Shown: positions 8,454 to 17,636, numbered from the stretch's first letter. The stretch: 64,000 bases of DNA from Pseudoflavonifractor sp. (GCA_034927965.1 JAYFPI010000055.1:5079-69078), one strand, 5' to 3'. Notes: generated from the letters alone by a model not told the origin. A program made the numbers and translations.

Positions 8454-8753
8454 ATGACGCCGGAAGAGATGGCTGTCGAGCTGGCGAGAGTGGACCAGTG
8501 GGGAAAGAGCAACACCCAACGAATCGAGAATCTGGAGATCCGGCAGGACAACCTGGATAAGCTGGTGACCTCTGTAGAAGTGTTGGCGACTCGCCAGGAG
8601 ACCGTGGAGACCGACGTCAAGGAGATCAAGACCGATGTGAAGGCACTGACGGAGAAGCCAGGGAAACGATGGGACGGTATCGTGGACAAACTCATCTGGG
8701 CGCTGCTGGCCGCCGGGCTTGGTTTTCTGCTGGCGCAGGTGGGGATAGTATGA
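8454..8753 (+). CDS. XhlA-like lysis-module protein
   Basis: Coiled coil plus C-terminal TM segment; lies in the lysis cassette. Confidence 0.75.
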   Translation: MTPEEMAVELARVDQWGKSNTQRIENLEIRQDNLDKLVTSVEVLATRQETVETDVKEIKTDVKALTEKPGKRWDGIVDKLIWALLAAGLGFLLAQVGIV

Positions 8754-8783
8754 GCTCCGGAAAAACCGAATAGACAAAGAGAG

Positions 8784-8820
8784 CCCCCATCACCCGTATG
8801 AGTGATGGGGGTGTGTTTTT
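8784..8820 (+). terminator. Terminator of the lysis cassette
   Basis: CCCCCATCAC-N8-GTGATGGGGG followed by a T-rich tract. Confidence 0.7.
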
Positions 8821-8825
8821 TGTTT

Positions 8826-8855
8826 TTGCCAGTAGCTTATATTGTATAACGTATA
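8826..8855. repeat. Lysis-proximal att site (arm TTGCCA-nnn-GCTTATAT plus core GTATA)
   Basis: Core at 8851-8855; arm is the inverted complement of the arm at 3386-3402. Confidence 0.85.
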
Positions 8856-9704
8856 GCCCCACTCATAGGTCATGAGCAATACCTCGTTGACAGCCGCACC
8901 GATGGCTTGGTAATTGTGCCCCTCATAGAGGGTGCCCCGCTGCGTGGCGGAGGTTTTGGGAGCCAGGGCGGCGACGACTAAATAACCCAAGGGATTGAGC
9001 CGCCGGGCCAGAGTGGCCAGAAAGTCGGCATAGGCTTCGGCGTCGTCAGGGTAGACATATTCAAAGTCCACATCCAGCCCCCGGTATCCCTTTTCACGGA
9101 GGGTGAGAGAAATATTGTCCAGAAGCCTGGAACGAACCTGTGCGTCGGTGAGCGCCAGGTGGGCCAAGTCATTGGAAAAGCCGCCCTCCTCCGTAAGGGT
9201 GGACAGGTGCATAAGGCAAGACACTCCTCCGGATTTTGCCATTGTCAGAAGCTTGCTGTCATCCAAATCTACGAGGGAGCCTGCCTCGGTAAACCCGTAA
9301 GTGAAAGGGGTAAGCCAGGTCAGATAGGGAAGGGTGGCCTGGAGCAAAGCGGGGTCGATGAAGGGGTATGCATAACCGTTGACCGACATCTCCGGACCGG
9401 GTTCCTCCCGGTAGGAGATCACCAGGGTTTGACCGGGCCAAATCTGCGGGGTTCCACCCAGCGCCGGGTTATTCTGGTAGAGGCGGCGGAGGGTCAAGTC
9501 GTACTGGCGGGCAATGGAGGCCAGAGTTTCTCCGGACTGGACAGTGTGGATTTTTTCCGGGAAACGGATGACCAGTGCCTGCCCGGATACCAGATGCTCT
9601 GGGGTTTCCAGGCCGTTATCTATGGCAATCTGGGACATGGGGACGCCGTAGTCCAGAGCAATGGAATAGAGGGATTCTCCCCGCTGCACCACGTGGATGA
9701 CCAT
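8851..9704 (-). CDS. 5' half of the split spore LysM-LysM-GH18 hydrolase (the uninterrupted ORF continues to 8790 with a 19-aa foreign tail)
   Basis: Two LysM repeats; GH18 catalytic GLDVDFE; family similarity ends at LMTYEWGYT, exactly at the core. Confidence 0.93.
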
Positions 9705-9707
9705 TGT

Positions 9708-10448
9708 TTATACCAGAGTGACGAAATCGGCATAGGCCCAGCCGACCACGCCGTCGTAGCGGACGACATACCAGTTTTTGTACTGATTGATGACGGTAAG
9801 CCGGGCACCGTCCGGAGCGCGGGTCACCACATAGGAGGCGGTATCCGGTTTGTCACGGATGTTGAGAGAACCCCAGTTCACATCTACCACGGCGTTTTGG
9901 TAGGCCTTGGGGGTGAGGAAGGGAACACCGAAATACTCTGTCAGAGATTGGGTAATGCTCCGGGCTACGGACTCCAGATTGCTTTGGATCCAGGCCGCGT
10001 CATCCGGATTATCGTGGTAGCCCAGCTCGATAAAGACGGAGGGCGCCTTTGGTTTTCGAACCTCACCAATGGTGGTAGAGGGCTCGGTGCGGACATTGTT
10101 GGGCAGAGGGTAAATTTTCTTTAGACCATCTGCCACCAGCTCTGCGGCGGTCTGCCCCTGACTGCTGCCGGGGTAATAAAAGACGATAATTCCGCGCTTC
10201 TGACCGTACAGTCCTTCGGGGGCGGCATTGGAGTGAAGGGCCAGGTGCAGATCGTAGCGGCCCTGATTGGAGGCTCGAATGGAGGAGGCGGCAGTCATCT
10301 CGGGCGTGTTGCGGACATATCGGATGCCGGAGGCAGTGAGATAGGGCTCCAGCGCGTCAGCTAGGCGGTTCATCCACTCCTCCTCGGTGCCGCCATTTAC
10401 ATAAAAATTGTTTTCCTGAGTGGAGGGGGAGAGATAGATGATAGGCAT
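9708..10448 (-). CDS. N-acetylmuramoyl-L-alanine amidase with C-terminal SH3b domain (probable sporulation enzyme)
   Basis: IYLSPS..E, LALHSNA and IELGYHDN; SH3b LNIR...W..V..GW; AAAGGAGG RBS; 3 bp upstream of the GH18 gene. Confidence 0.88.
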   Translation of the reverse strand: MPIIYLSPSTQENNFYVNGGTEEEWMNRLADALEPYLTASGIRYVRNTPEMTAASSIRASNQGRYDLHLALHSNAAPEGLYGQKRGIIVFYYPGSSQGQTAAELVADGLKKIYPLPNNVRTEPSTTIGEVRKPKAPSVFIELGYHDNPDDAAWIQSNLESVARSITQSLTEYFGVPFLTPKAYQNAVVDVNWGSLNIRDKPDTASYVVTRAPDGARLTVINQYKNWYVVRYDGVVGWAYADFVTLV

Positions 10449-10470
10449 AGGGATTCCTCCTTTTTTGCCC

Positions 10471-10499
10471 ATTCTATGCCATATCCCTGAGATCGGTGC
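10471..10499 (-). promoter_or_regulatory. Mother-cell (sigmaK/sigmaE-like) promoter of the amidase-GH18 operon
   Basis: GCAC-N17-CATAGAAT, matching the AC-N16/17-CATAnnnT pattern. Confidence 0.55.
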
Positions 10500-10567
10500 C
10501 CTTAGCAGGTATGGGACAACGAGACTCCACCATATTCTAGCCTATCATATAAGGAAGGGGCGAGGGA

Positions 10568-10834
10568 ATGGATACCCGGATCGGAGACCTGCGCTGTAAG
10601 GAAGTCATCAATGTGACCGACGGCACTCGTTACGGCTATGTGGGAGACGTGGAAGTGGATTTAGAAACCGGGCAGGTGCGGACCCTGGTGGTACCGGGGA
10701 GGCTGCGCTTTTTCGGCTTGCTGGGACGGGAGGAAGAGCGAGTATTTCCCTGGTCGGCGGTCCGGCGGTTTGGAGAGGATATCATTCTTGTAGAAGGAGG
10801 CGGGCCTATCCCCGCCCGGCGCAGGCGCGGATAA
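10568..10834 (+). CDS. YlmC/YmxH family sporulation PRC-barrel protein
   Basis: DLRCKEVINV.DG...G.V.D.E.D...G; PW..VRRFGEDIILV. Confidence 0.92.
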   Translation: MDTRIGDLRCKEVINVTDGTRYGYVGDVEVDLETGQVRTLVVPGRLRFFGLLGREEERVFPWSAVRRFGEDIILVEGGGPIPARRRRG

Positions 10835-10928
10835 AATTCATCGGAAAACTTGCACAGGGCGTGCCTGGGATGATATAATACGTAATTAGACGCAAAGGCG
10901 CGCAATTGAGTAACAGGAGGATACGCAC

Positions 10929-12761
10929 ATGTGCGGTATCGTTGGTTTTATCGGGAAAGAGGAGGCGGCGCCCATTTTGCTGGATGGACTGTCCCGCTTG
11001 GAGTACCGGGGATATGATTCAGCCGGATTGGCGATTTATGGAACAGAGGAAGGACTTCAGGTGGTGAAGGCCAAAGGCCGCCTGAAGGTTCTCAGCGACC
11101 TGACCCAGGAAGGAACTACTGTCCACGGGACTGTGGGGCTGGGGCATACCCGCTGGGCCACGCATGGAGAGCCTTCTGATGTCAATTCTCATCCCCAGGT
11201 GTCGGAGAACGGCCGTTTCGCGGTGGTTCATAACGGCATTATTGAAAATTATATGGAAATTAAGGAGTTTTTACAGAACAAGGGCGTGAAGTTTGTTTCG
11301 CAGACCGATACCGAGGTGGTCGCCCAGCTGTTGGAATATTACTATGCGGGCGATTTGCTGGATACGGTGAGCAAGGTGCTTCATCGTATCAATGGAGCCT
11401 ATGCCTTTGGCATCGTCTGCGCCGACTGTCCGGACCAGTTGGTGGCGGTTCGTAAGGACAGTCCCCTCATTCTGGGCTACGGAGAGGGTTTCAATTTTCT
11501 GGCCAGTGACGTTACCGCCGTCATCAAGTATACCCGAGAGGTGAGCTACCTGGATGACGGCGAGATGGCAGTACTTACCCGGGAGGGAATTAAGGTCTAT
11601 GACGCCTACCTTCAGCCGGTGGAGAAGGAGAAGCATCATGTGGACTGGGAGATCTCAGCGGCTGAGAAGGGCGGTTACGAGCACTTTATGGCCAAGGAGA
11701 TCATGGAGCAGCCCGAGGCATTCCGTAAGACGGTGTTCCCGCGCATCCAGAACGGCAGGGTCGTGCTGGACGACCTCCATTTTGATGCCGAATATCTCAA
11801 GGGGCTCGATAAGCTCTACATTATTGCCTGCGGCTCCTCTTACCATGTGGGTATGGCTACCAAGTATAATTTGGAAAAGCTTCTGCGCAAGCCGGTGGAG
11901 GTGGCCCTGGCTTCAGAGTTCCGCTACTGTGACCCCATTGTCACCGACAAGACCCTGGCCTTGGTCATCAGCCAGTCCGGCGAGACCATTGACACGCTGG
12001 CCGCTATGCGGGAGGCCAAGCGCCTGGGTGCCCAAGTGCTCTCTATTGTTAATGTGGTAGGCTCCACCATTGCCCGGGAGAGTGACAATGTTATATACAC
12101 ATGGGCCGGCCCGGAGATCGCGGTGGCCACCACAAAGGCATACTCTACTCAGCTGGCAGTGACTTACCTGATCGGGCTTTACTTTGCCGATCTCATGGGG
12201 ACCATTCAGAAGACGGAGTACGACGCCATTATCTCTGAGCTTCTCCTCATTCCCACCAAGCTGGAGTTGGTGCTGGAGCAGCGACAGGCCATCCAATATT
12301 ACGCCTCCATTTATTTCAATCATGCCTCCATTTTCTTTATTGGGCGCAACATCGACTATGCCATAGGGATGGAAGGTTCCCTGAAGCTGAAGGAGATCTC
12401 CTATATTCACTCTGAGGCCTATGCCGCCGGCGAGCTTAAGCATGGAACCATTTCGCTGATTGAGGATGGGACCCTGGTGGTGGCGTTGGCCAGCTATCGC
12501 CCTCTGTTTGAAAAGCTTATGAGTAATGTGGTGGAGGTCAAGAGCCGGGGAGCCGATGTCCTGGGCCTGACCACTGAGAGCCTGGGCGGCAATATGGCCA
12601 AAACGGTGGACCACACGATCACCGTTCCGGACACGCACCCCATGCTTCTGCCCAGCTTGGATGTGATTCCCCTGCAACTCTTTGCTTACTATGTGGCCCT
12701 TCAGCGGGGCTGCGACATCGACAAACCACGCAACTTGGCCAAATCGGTCACTGTGGAATAA
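10929..12761 (+). CDS. glmS: Glutamine--fructose-6-phosphate aminotransferase
   Basis: MCGIVG, GHTRWATHG and PRNLAKSVTVE. Confidence 0.98.
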   Translation: MCGIVGFIGKEEAAPILLDGLSRLEYRGYDSAGLAIYGTEEGLQVVKAKGRLKVLSDLTQEGTTVHGTVGLGHTRWATHGEPSDVNSHPQVSENGRFAVVHNGIIENYMEIKEFLQNKGVKFVSQTDTEVVAQLLEYYYAGDLLDTVSKVLHRINGAYAFGIVCADCPDQLVAVRKDSPLILGYGEGFNFLASDVTAVIKYTREVSYLDDGEMAVLTREGIKVYDAYLQPVEKEKHHVDWEISAAEKGGYEHFMAKEIMEQPEAFRKTVFPRIQNGRVVLDDLHFDAEYLKGLDKLYIIACGSSYHVGMATKYNLEKLLRKPVEVALASEFRYCDPIVTDKTLALVISQSGETIDTLAAMREAKRLGAQVLSIVNVVGSTIARESDNVIYTWAGPEIAVATTKAYSTQLAVTYLIGLYFADLMGTIQKTEYDAIISELLLIPTKLELVLEQRQAIQYYASIYFNHASIFFIGRNIDYAIGMEGSLKLKEISYIHSEAYAAGELKHGTISLIEDGTLVVALASYRPLFEKLMSNVVEVKSRGADVLGLTTESLGGNMAKTVDHTITVPDTHPMLLPSLDVIPLQLFAYYVALQRGCDIDKPRNLAKSVTVE

Positions 12762-12851
12762 GAAAAAAGCAGCGCCGTCCAGGCCATCCGGTCAGGGCGG
12801 CGCTTTGTATTGCAGCGGTGAAAATATTTTTGATAAAAATGAAAATAATGC

Positions 12852-12907
12852 TTGACAGAGCTGCTCCAGTATGGTATTCTCTTAAACAGAAACAGGAATC
12901 ATTACTG
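12852..12907 (+). promoter_or_regulatory. sigmaA promoter plus Fur/PerR-type 7-1-7 operator
   Basis: TTGACA-N17-TATTCT; imperfect palindrome CAGGAATCATTACTG at 12893-12907, upstream of rubrerythrin. Confidence 0.6.
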
Positions 12908-12932
12908 ATATAAATTTTAGGAGGTCAAGATT

Positions 12933-13475
12933 ATGAAAAAGTGGGTTTGTTCTGTCTGTGGTTACGTTTACGAGGGCCCTGAGGCTCCTGATTTCTGCCC
13001 CATCTGCAAGGCGCCCAAGAGCAAGTTTGTCCTGCAGGGCGGCGAAAGAGTGTGGGCTGCCGAGCATGTGGTGGGCGTGGCTAAAGGCGCTCCCGAAGAT
13101 ATTCTGAAGGATCTGCGCATGAACTTTGAGGGCGAGTGCTCCGAGGTTGGCATGTACTTGGCAATGGCCCGTGTGGCTCACCGAGAGGGTTATCCCGAGA
13201 TCGGTCTGTACTACGAGAAAGCTGCACATGAAGAGGCTGAGCACGCCGCCAAGTTTGCCGAGCTGCTGGGCGAGGTAATCACCGACTCCACCAAGAAGAA
13301 TCTGGAGCTGCGTGTGGATGCTGAGAACGGTGCCACCGCTGGTAAGTTTGACCTGGCTAAGCGTGCCAAGGAGCTGAATCTGGATGCCATCCACGACACC
13401 GTCCATGAGATGGCCCGGGACGAAGCCCGCCATGGCAAGGCTTTTGAGGGCTTGCTGAACCGCTACTTCGGCTGA
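12933..13475 (+). CDS. rbr: Reverse rubrerythrin (NADH peroxidase)
   Basis: N-terminal rubredoxin CxxC...CPxC; EEAEH and DEARH di-iron motifs. Confidence 0.93.
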   Translation: MKKWVCSVCGYVYEGPEAPDFCPICKAPKSKFVLQGGERVWAAEHVVGVAKGAPEDILKDLRMNFEGECSEVGMYLAMARVAHREGYPEIGLYYEKAAHEEAEHAAKFAELLGEVITDSTKKNLELRVDAENGATAGKFDLAKRAKELNLDAIHDTVHEMARDEARHGKAFEGLLNRYFG

Positions 13476-13552
13476 TTCCACAGGGAATTCAGATAGTTTC
13501 AACGAGGCAGCTACAAAGCGTGTATTTTTAAACAGAATGGAGGGTTGTCGAT

Positions 13553-13966
13553 ATGGCATATAGCTTTACCCCTGATTTGGAAACGGGGAATGCCACCATC
13601 GATTCACAGCACAAAGCATGGATTGCGGGAATTAATAACCTGCTGGACGCATGCTCAAAGGGAAAAGGCCGGGATACGTTAAACAGTACGGCAAAGTTTT
13701 TATACGATTATACTGTCAAACATTTCGCGGACGAAGAAAAGCTACAGCTTGCAAGCAGATATCCGGATTATGTAAATCACAAGCGCTATCACGAAGAATT
13801 TAAGCGGGTTGTCCGGGACATCAATGAGCAGCTTGAGCGGGAGGGCCCCACGGTTGTCATGGTTGGAAAAGTGAACAACAGCATTGGGGGTTGGTTCATA
13901 AACCATATTAGAGTAGAAGACTCCAAGGTGGCCGCACATATTCGTTCTATGCAGAATAAGGCGTAA
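13553..13966 (+). CDS. Bacteriohemerythrin
   Basis: IDSQH, HFADEE, HKRYH and W...HI..ED. Confidence 0.92.
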   Translation: MAYSFTPDLETGNATIDSQHKAWIAGINNLLDACSKGKGRDTLNSTAKFLYDYTVKHFADEEKLQLASRYPDYVNHKRYHEEFKRVVRDINEQLEREGPTVVMVGKVNNSIGGWFINHIRVEDSKVAAHIRSMQNKA

Positions 13967-14081
13967 GAAAAAAGCGCTTCCCTTCCGCTTTGTGAGATAC
14001 CCCCTCCATTCCCCCCCAAAAAAGACCTCGCCTGGGACGAGGCCTGACACGGTAAGCAAAATATATCATATCCAGATATTG

Positions 14082-14117
14082 AAAAGAGGGAACCGATTAC
14101 TCGGTTCCCTCTTTTTT
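14082..14117. terminator. Bidirectional terminator
   Basis: AAAAGAGGGAACCGA-TTAC-TCGGTTCCCTCTTTT. Confidence 0.75.
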
Positions 14118-14134
14118 GCGGTTGAAATATTTAT

Positions 14135-15466
14135 TTATGTATGAGGAGGATCCGGGTCCTGCAGCTTTCGTCTGCGAAATGGGGTGGGCAGGTAGTCGTC
14201 CGGGTCTTCATTTCCGGTCATGGCCTTCATGCGGGCTCGCACCTGGAAAATACAGTCGGATCGATCCGCTCGACCTAAAATCACATCCTCGGCAAAGGCG
14301 TGACAGGAAGGAGCACCGCAGGAACCGCAGAGCAAGCCGGGAAGCCCACGTTCCAGATCATGGATGGCGGCCATTTTCTCCATGGCAGCGGTACGGTCGG
14401 TATCCAGTAAAAATACGGGAGCAAATTCCAACTCCTTGTCTGCCTGGATGAGACCGGGATCACCAACCTCAGCGTCAAAATTGCTTGCAGTGTCGGGCAG
14501 ATTCCGAATCAGGTGACGCAGACGCATAGTAGAGACGAAGGGATCTTCCACCGTAAGGCAGCCTCCCACACAGCCCTGGGTGCAGGCGGACAACTCTACA
14601 AAATCCACATCGGGGACTCGGTTGTCCTCAATAGCCTCCAGAACCCGAATGACGCTGTCCATCCCGTCCACGGCCAGGAAGCGCTCACTTCCGCCCCGGG
14701 CATTGGCCTCTCCACCGCAGAAGGCCCAGCGAACACCCGCCTTTCCAGCTGTGGCAAAGGCGCGCGGTACGCCAATCTGTTTCATGGGGTTCAAAAGCCG
14801 GAGATAGAGATCCCGGATGGAAAAAGCACCGTCCAGCACCGGCTGTTGGAGATCGTCCGGAGTGTGGGCGGCAGTAACCTGGGCAGAGCAGGGGACAATA
14901 GAGAAGACACCGATTTCCCCGGGATCCAGACCAGTCTCCAGCACAGCCTTCTGTCGAGCCAGGATTGCCGCCAACTCTACGGGCGTGATCGTGGAGGTAA
15001 CGTGCTCCAGCAACTCCGGAAAGCGGATGCGAATCAGACGCAGGACCGCCGGGCAGGCGGAGGAGATGACAGGCATGGGTAACTGTTCCCGATCGGCAGG
15101 ATAGTTTCGGGCGTAGTCGGAGAGAAGTCCGGAGCCCTTCGCTGTTTCATACACTGCATCAAAGCCCAGCCGGGTCAGCCCCTCCAGGACATAGTCAATG
15201 CTGTCCAGATGCTGAAACTGACCGTAGAGGACCGGATCCGGAAGTGCCACGGTGTAGCGAAAATTGTCCAAACGGGAGAGCGAATCGCTGGATGCCCGAA
15301 TAGCCTTATGTGGGCAGGAACGAATGCACTCTCCGCAGTCAACACATCGCTCTTTCAAAATTGTGGCTTTTCCCCGCCGAACCCGAATGGCCTCGGTAGG
15401 ACAGCTTTTCATGCAGGTGGTGCACCCCCGGCAGAGGGCGTATTCAATGGTGACCGAGTGCTCCAA
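14135..15466 (-). CDS. Putative sensory [FeFe]-hydrogenase-like protein with 2x[4Fe-4S] and C-terminal FeS domain
   Basis: Ferredoxin CxxCxxCxxxCP twice; SSACP, VPCSAQ and ELSACTQGCVGG; CGSCGAPSC. Confidence 0.85.
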   Translation of the reverse strand: MEHSVTIEYALCRGCTTCMKSCPTEAIRVRRGKATILKERCVDCGECIRSCPHKAIRASSDSLSRLDNFRYTVALPDPVLYGQFQHLDSIDYVLEGLTRLGFDAVYETAKGSGLLSDYARNYPADREQLPMPVISSACPAVLRLIRIRFPELLEHVTSTITPVELAAILARQKAVLETGLDPGEIGVFSIVPCSAQVTAAHTPDDLQQPVLDGAFSIRDLYLRLLNPMKQIGVPRAFATAGKAGVRWAFCGGEANARGGSERFLAVDGMDSVIRVLEAIEDNRVPDVDFVELSACTQGCVGGCLTVEDPFVSTMRLRHLIRNLPDTASNFDAEVGDPGLIQADKELEFAPVFLLDTDRTAAMEKMAAIHDLERGLPGLLCGSCGAPSCHAFAEDVILGRADRSDCIFQVRARMKAMTGNEDPDDYLPTPFRRRKLQDPDPPHT

Positions 15467-15559
15467 GAAAACACCTCCCGGAGTATGGAGTATAATGATA
15501 GGAAAGGGGCGGCAAAGCCGCCCCCAAAGAGTATGGAAACGATTACAAAAAAGTGAAAA

Positions 15560-15979
15560 TCAAATCCGAATTTTAATGGTTACTGTGGTACCCTTGCCCA
15601 CTTGAGTTTCAATGGACATATCGTCGGAATAGCGCTTCATGTTGGGCAATCCCATGCCGGCGCCGAAGCCCAGGTCACGGGCCATGTCCCCGGCTGTGGA
15701 GAAGCCTTCTTCCATGGCCTTGGCCACATCTGGGATCCCGGGCCCCTGATCAATCATGCGGATCACAATCTCATCCATTCCCACGTCCACTTCTGCGCGG
15801 CCGCCGTCGGCGTGGATAACCATATTGATTTCGCCTTCATACATACAAATAGAAGCGCGGCGGATCACATCCGGGGGAAGCCCAAGTTTTTTGAGTGTCA
15901 TCTTCATTTTGCTGGAAGCTTCACCAGCCTCGATCAGATCGCCGCCCTCCACCGGATAGACCAATTTTACAGGTTCCAT
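15560..15979 (-). CDS. RsbT-like Ser/Thr kinase / anti-sigma ATP-binding protein
   Basis: YEGEINMVIHA, DQGPGI and GAGMGLPNMK. Confidence 0.88.
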   Translation of the reverse strand: MEPVKLVYPVEGGDLIEAGEASSKMKMTLKKLGLPPDVIRRASICMYEGEINMVIHADGGRAEVDVGMDEIVIRMIDQGPGIPDVAKAMEEGFSTAGDMARDLGFGAGMGLPNMKRYSDDMSIETQVGKGTTVTIKIRI

Positions 15980-15981
15980 GT

Positions 15982-16326
15982 TTACTCCTCTCCTCTCAGG
16001 CCCTTGGAGTAGAGCCTGCCACAGGCGTCGTACATTCGCATGGGGGTGGACATAACCACCATATCCCGTTCCTTGGCCAGAGCCAAAACGTTTCCATCCG
16101 GGTGTTTGCCCCGGACAAAAACGACGCACTTCATATCCATCATATCTGCAGTGCGCACCACCTGAGGATTGACCAGACCGGTGAGCAGCAGCGCCTGATT
16201 TTTCACATAGGCCAACACATCGCTCATAAAATCACTGCCGCACGCGGAAGTGACTTCACGATCCAACTTGTCTTCTCCGTACAGAACCTCGGCATTTAGA
16301 GCTTCTCTGACTTCGGAAAGATTCAT
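15982..16326 (-). CDS. DRTGG-domain protein
   Basis: ACGSDFMSDVLA...LLLTGL.N.QVVRTA. Confidence 0.88.
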   Translation of the reverse strand: MNLSEVREALNAEVLYGEDKLDREVTSACGSDFMSDVLAYVKNQALLLTGLVNPQVVRTADMMDMKCVVFVRGKHPDGNVLALAKERDMVVMSTPMRMYDACGRLYSKGLRGEE

Positions 16327-16550
16327 GTTCAAGCCTCCAAAACTAAACTACGCAGTTTCTCATGCTAAATATTGTAGCATATTAAGGGAAAAATGTAAAG
16401 GAAATTGTTCTATTTTTCACAAAGATTTTTCCTGGAAGATGCTGTATTTTGACAGATGGCGCCATTGACAGAAGCATAGGAATACAGATATAATGTGCTT
16501 TAACAAGCTAAAGAAGAAATTTGGCTTGAATTGATTAGGAGGTCATAACT

Positions 16551-17636
16551 ATGGGAAACCAGCGGGTCTACAACTTCTCCGCCGGACCGTCCATGCTTCC
16601 GTTGGAAGTATTGGAGCGGGCGGGCACCGAAATCACCAACTACCAGGGCTCTGGCATGTCAGTGATGGAGATGAGTCATCGATCTAAGGTCTTCCAGAAG
16701 ATCTTCGATGAAACTCAGGCCAAATTCCGCACACTGCTCAACGTACCCGAAGGCTATAAGATTCTCTTCCTTCAAGGTGGTGCATCCACGCAGTTTTCCG
16801 CAGTGCCCCTCAATTTGATTGGGAATACGGGCCGAGCGGATTACGCAGTCACCGGTAATTTTTCCAATATTGCCTTCAAAGAGGCGAAAAAGTACGGTAC
16901 CATTTCTCTGGCAGCTTCCAGCGCAGACCGGAATCACACCTACATTCCCGCGCAAGACCAGTTGAAGCTGGATCCTGCCGCTTCTTATTTTTACTACTGT
17001 GCGAACAACACCATTTATGGAACGGAGTGGCAATACGTTCCGGAGACCGCTGGCGTGCCGCTGGTATGTGACATGTCCTCCAACATCCTTTCTCGTCCGG
17101 TGGATGTGAGTAAGTATGGGGTCATTTTTGCAGGAGCGCAGAAGAATATGGCTCCCGCCGGTCTTACGGTGGTCATCGTTAAGGAGGAGCTGGCGGGGAA
17201 GGAACGGCCCGATACCCCTCTTATGCTGGGCTATAAAACCATGATCGAGAAGGATTCCATGTACAACACACCCCCCTGCTGGTGTATCTACATCCTGGGA
17301 TTGGTGCTGGACTGGCTGACGGAGCAGGGTGGGGTGCCCGGCATGGAGAAAATCAAGCATGGCAAGGCTCAAATGCTCTATGATGTCATAGACAGCGCCC
17401 GACTCTTCAGCTGCCCGGTGGAGCTCGGCTCCCGCTCCGACATGAACGTGTCTTTCCGCTCCGTCTCTGAGGAGCTGGATGCCAAGTTTGTTGCCGAAGC
17501 CACGGCTGCCGGATTTACAAATTTGAAGGGTCACCGCTCTGTGGGCGGGATGCGCGCCTCCATCTATAACGCCATGCCTTTGGAGGGTGTGGAAAAACTG
17601 GTGGACTTCATTAAGGCGTTTGACGGGAATCACTAA
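16551..17636 (+). CDS. serC: Phosphoserine aminotransferase
   Basis: NFSAGP, GAQKN, GHRSVGGMRASIYNA. Confidence 0.97.
   Translation: MGNQRVYNFSAGPSMLPLEVLERAGTEITNYQGSGMSVMEMSHRSKVFQKIFDETQAKFRTLLNVPEGYKILFLQGGASTQFSAVPLNLIGNTGRADYAVTGNFSNIAFKEAKKYGTISLAASSADRNHTYIPAQDQLKLDPAASYFYYCANNTIYGTEWQYVPETAGVPLVCDMSSNILSRPVDVSKYGVIFAGAQKNMAPAGLTVVIVKEELAGKERPDTPLMLGYKTMIEKDSMYNTPPCWCIYILGLVLDWLTEQGGVPGMEKIKHGKAQMLYDVIDSARLFSCPVELGSRSDMNVSFRSVSEELDAKFVAEATAAGFTNLKGHRSVGGMRASIYNAMPLEGVEKLVDFIKAFDGNH

Larger units (their letters stand above)
3376..8855. mobile_element. Gene-intervening prophage remnant (skin-like element, 5475 bp excisable)
   Basis: GTATA direct repeats at 3376-3380 and 8851-8855; large serine recombinase at one end and lysis genes at the other; interrupts the GH18 gene. 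Confidence 0.92.

Noticed and set aside
3376-8855. Intact inducible prophage
   Set aside because: No capsid, tail, terminase, replication or repressor genes in 5.5 kb
10835-10928. glmS ribozyme
   Set aside because: The promoter (TTGCAC-N18-TATAAT) leaves only a ~50-nt leader with no AGCGCC core, too short for the ribozyme
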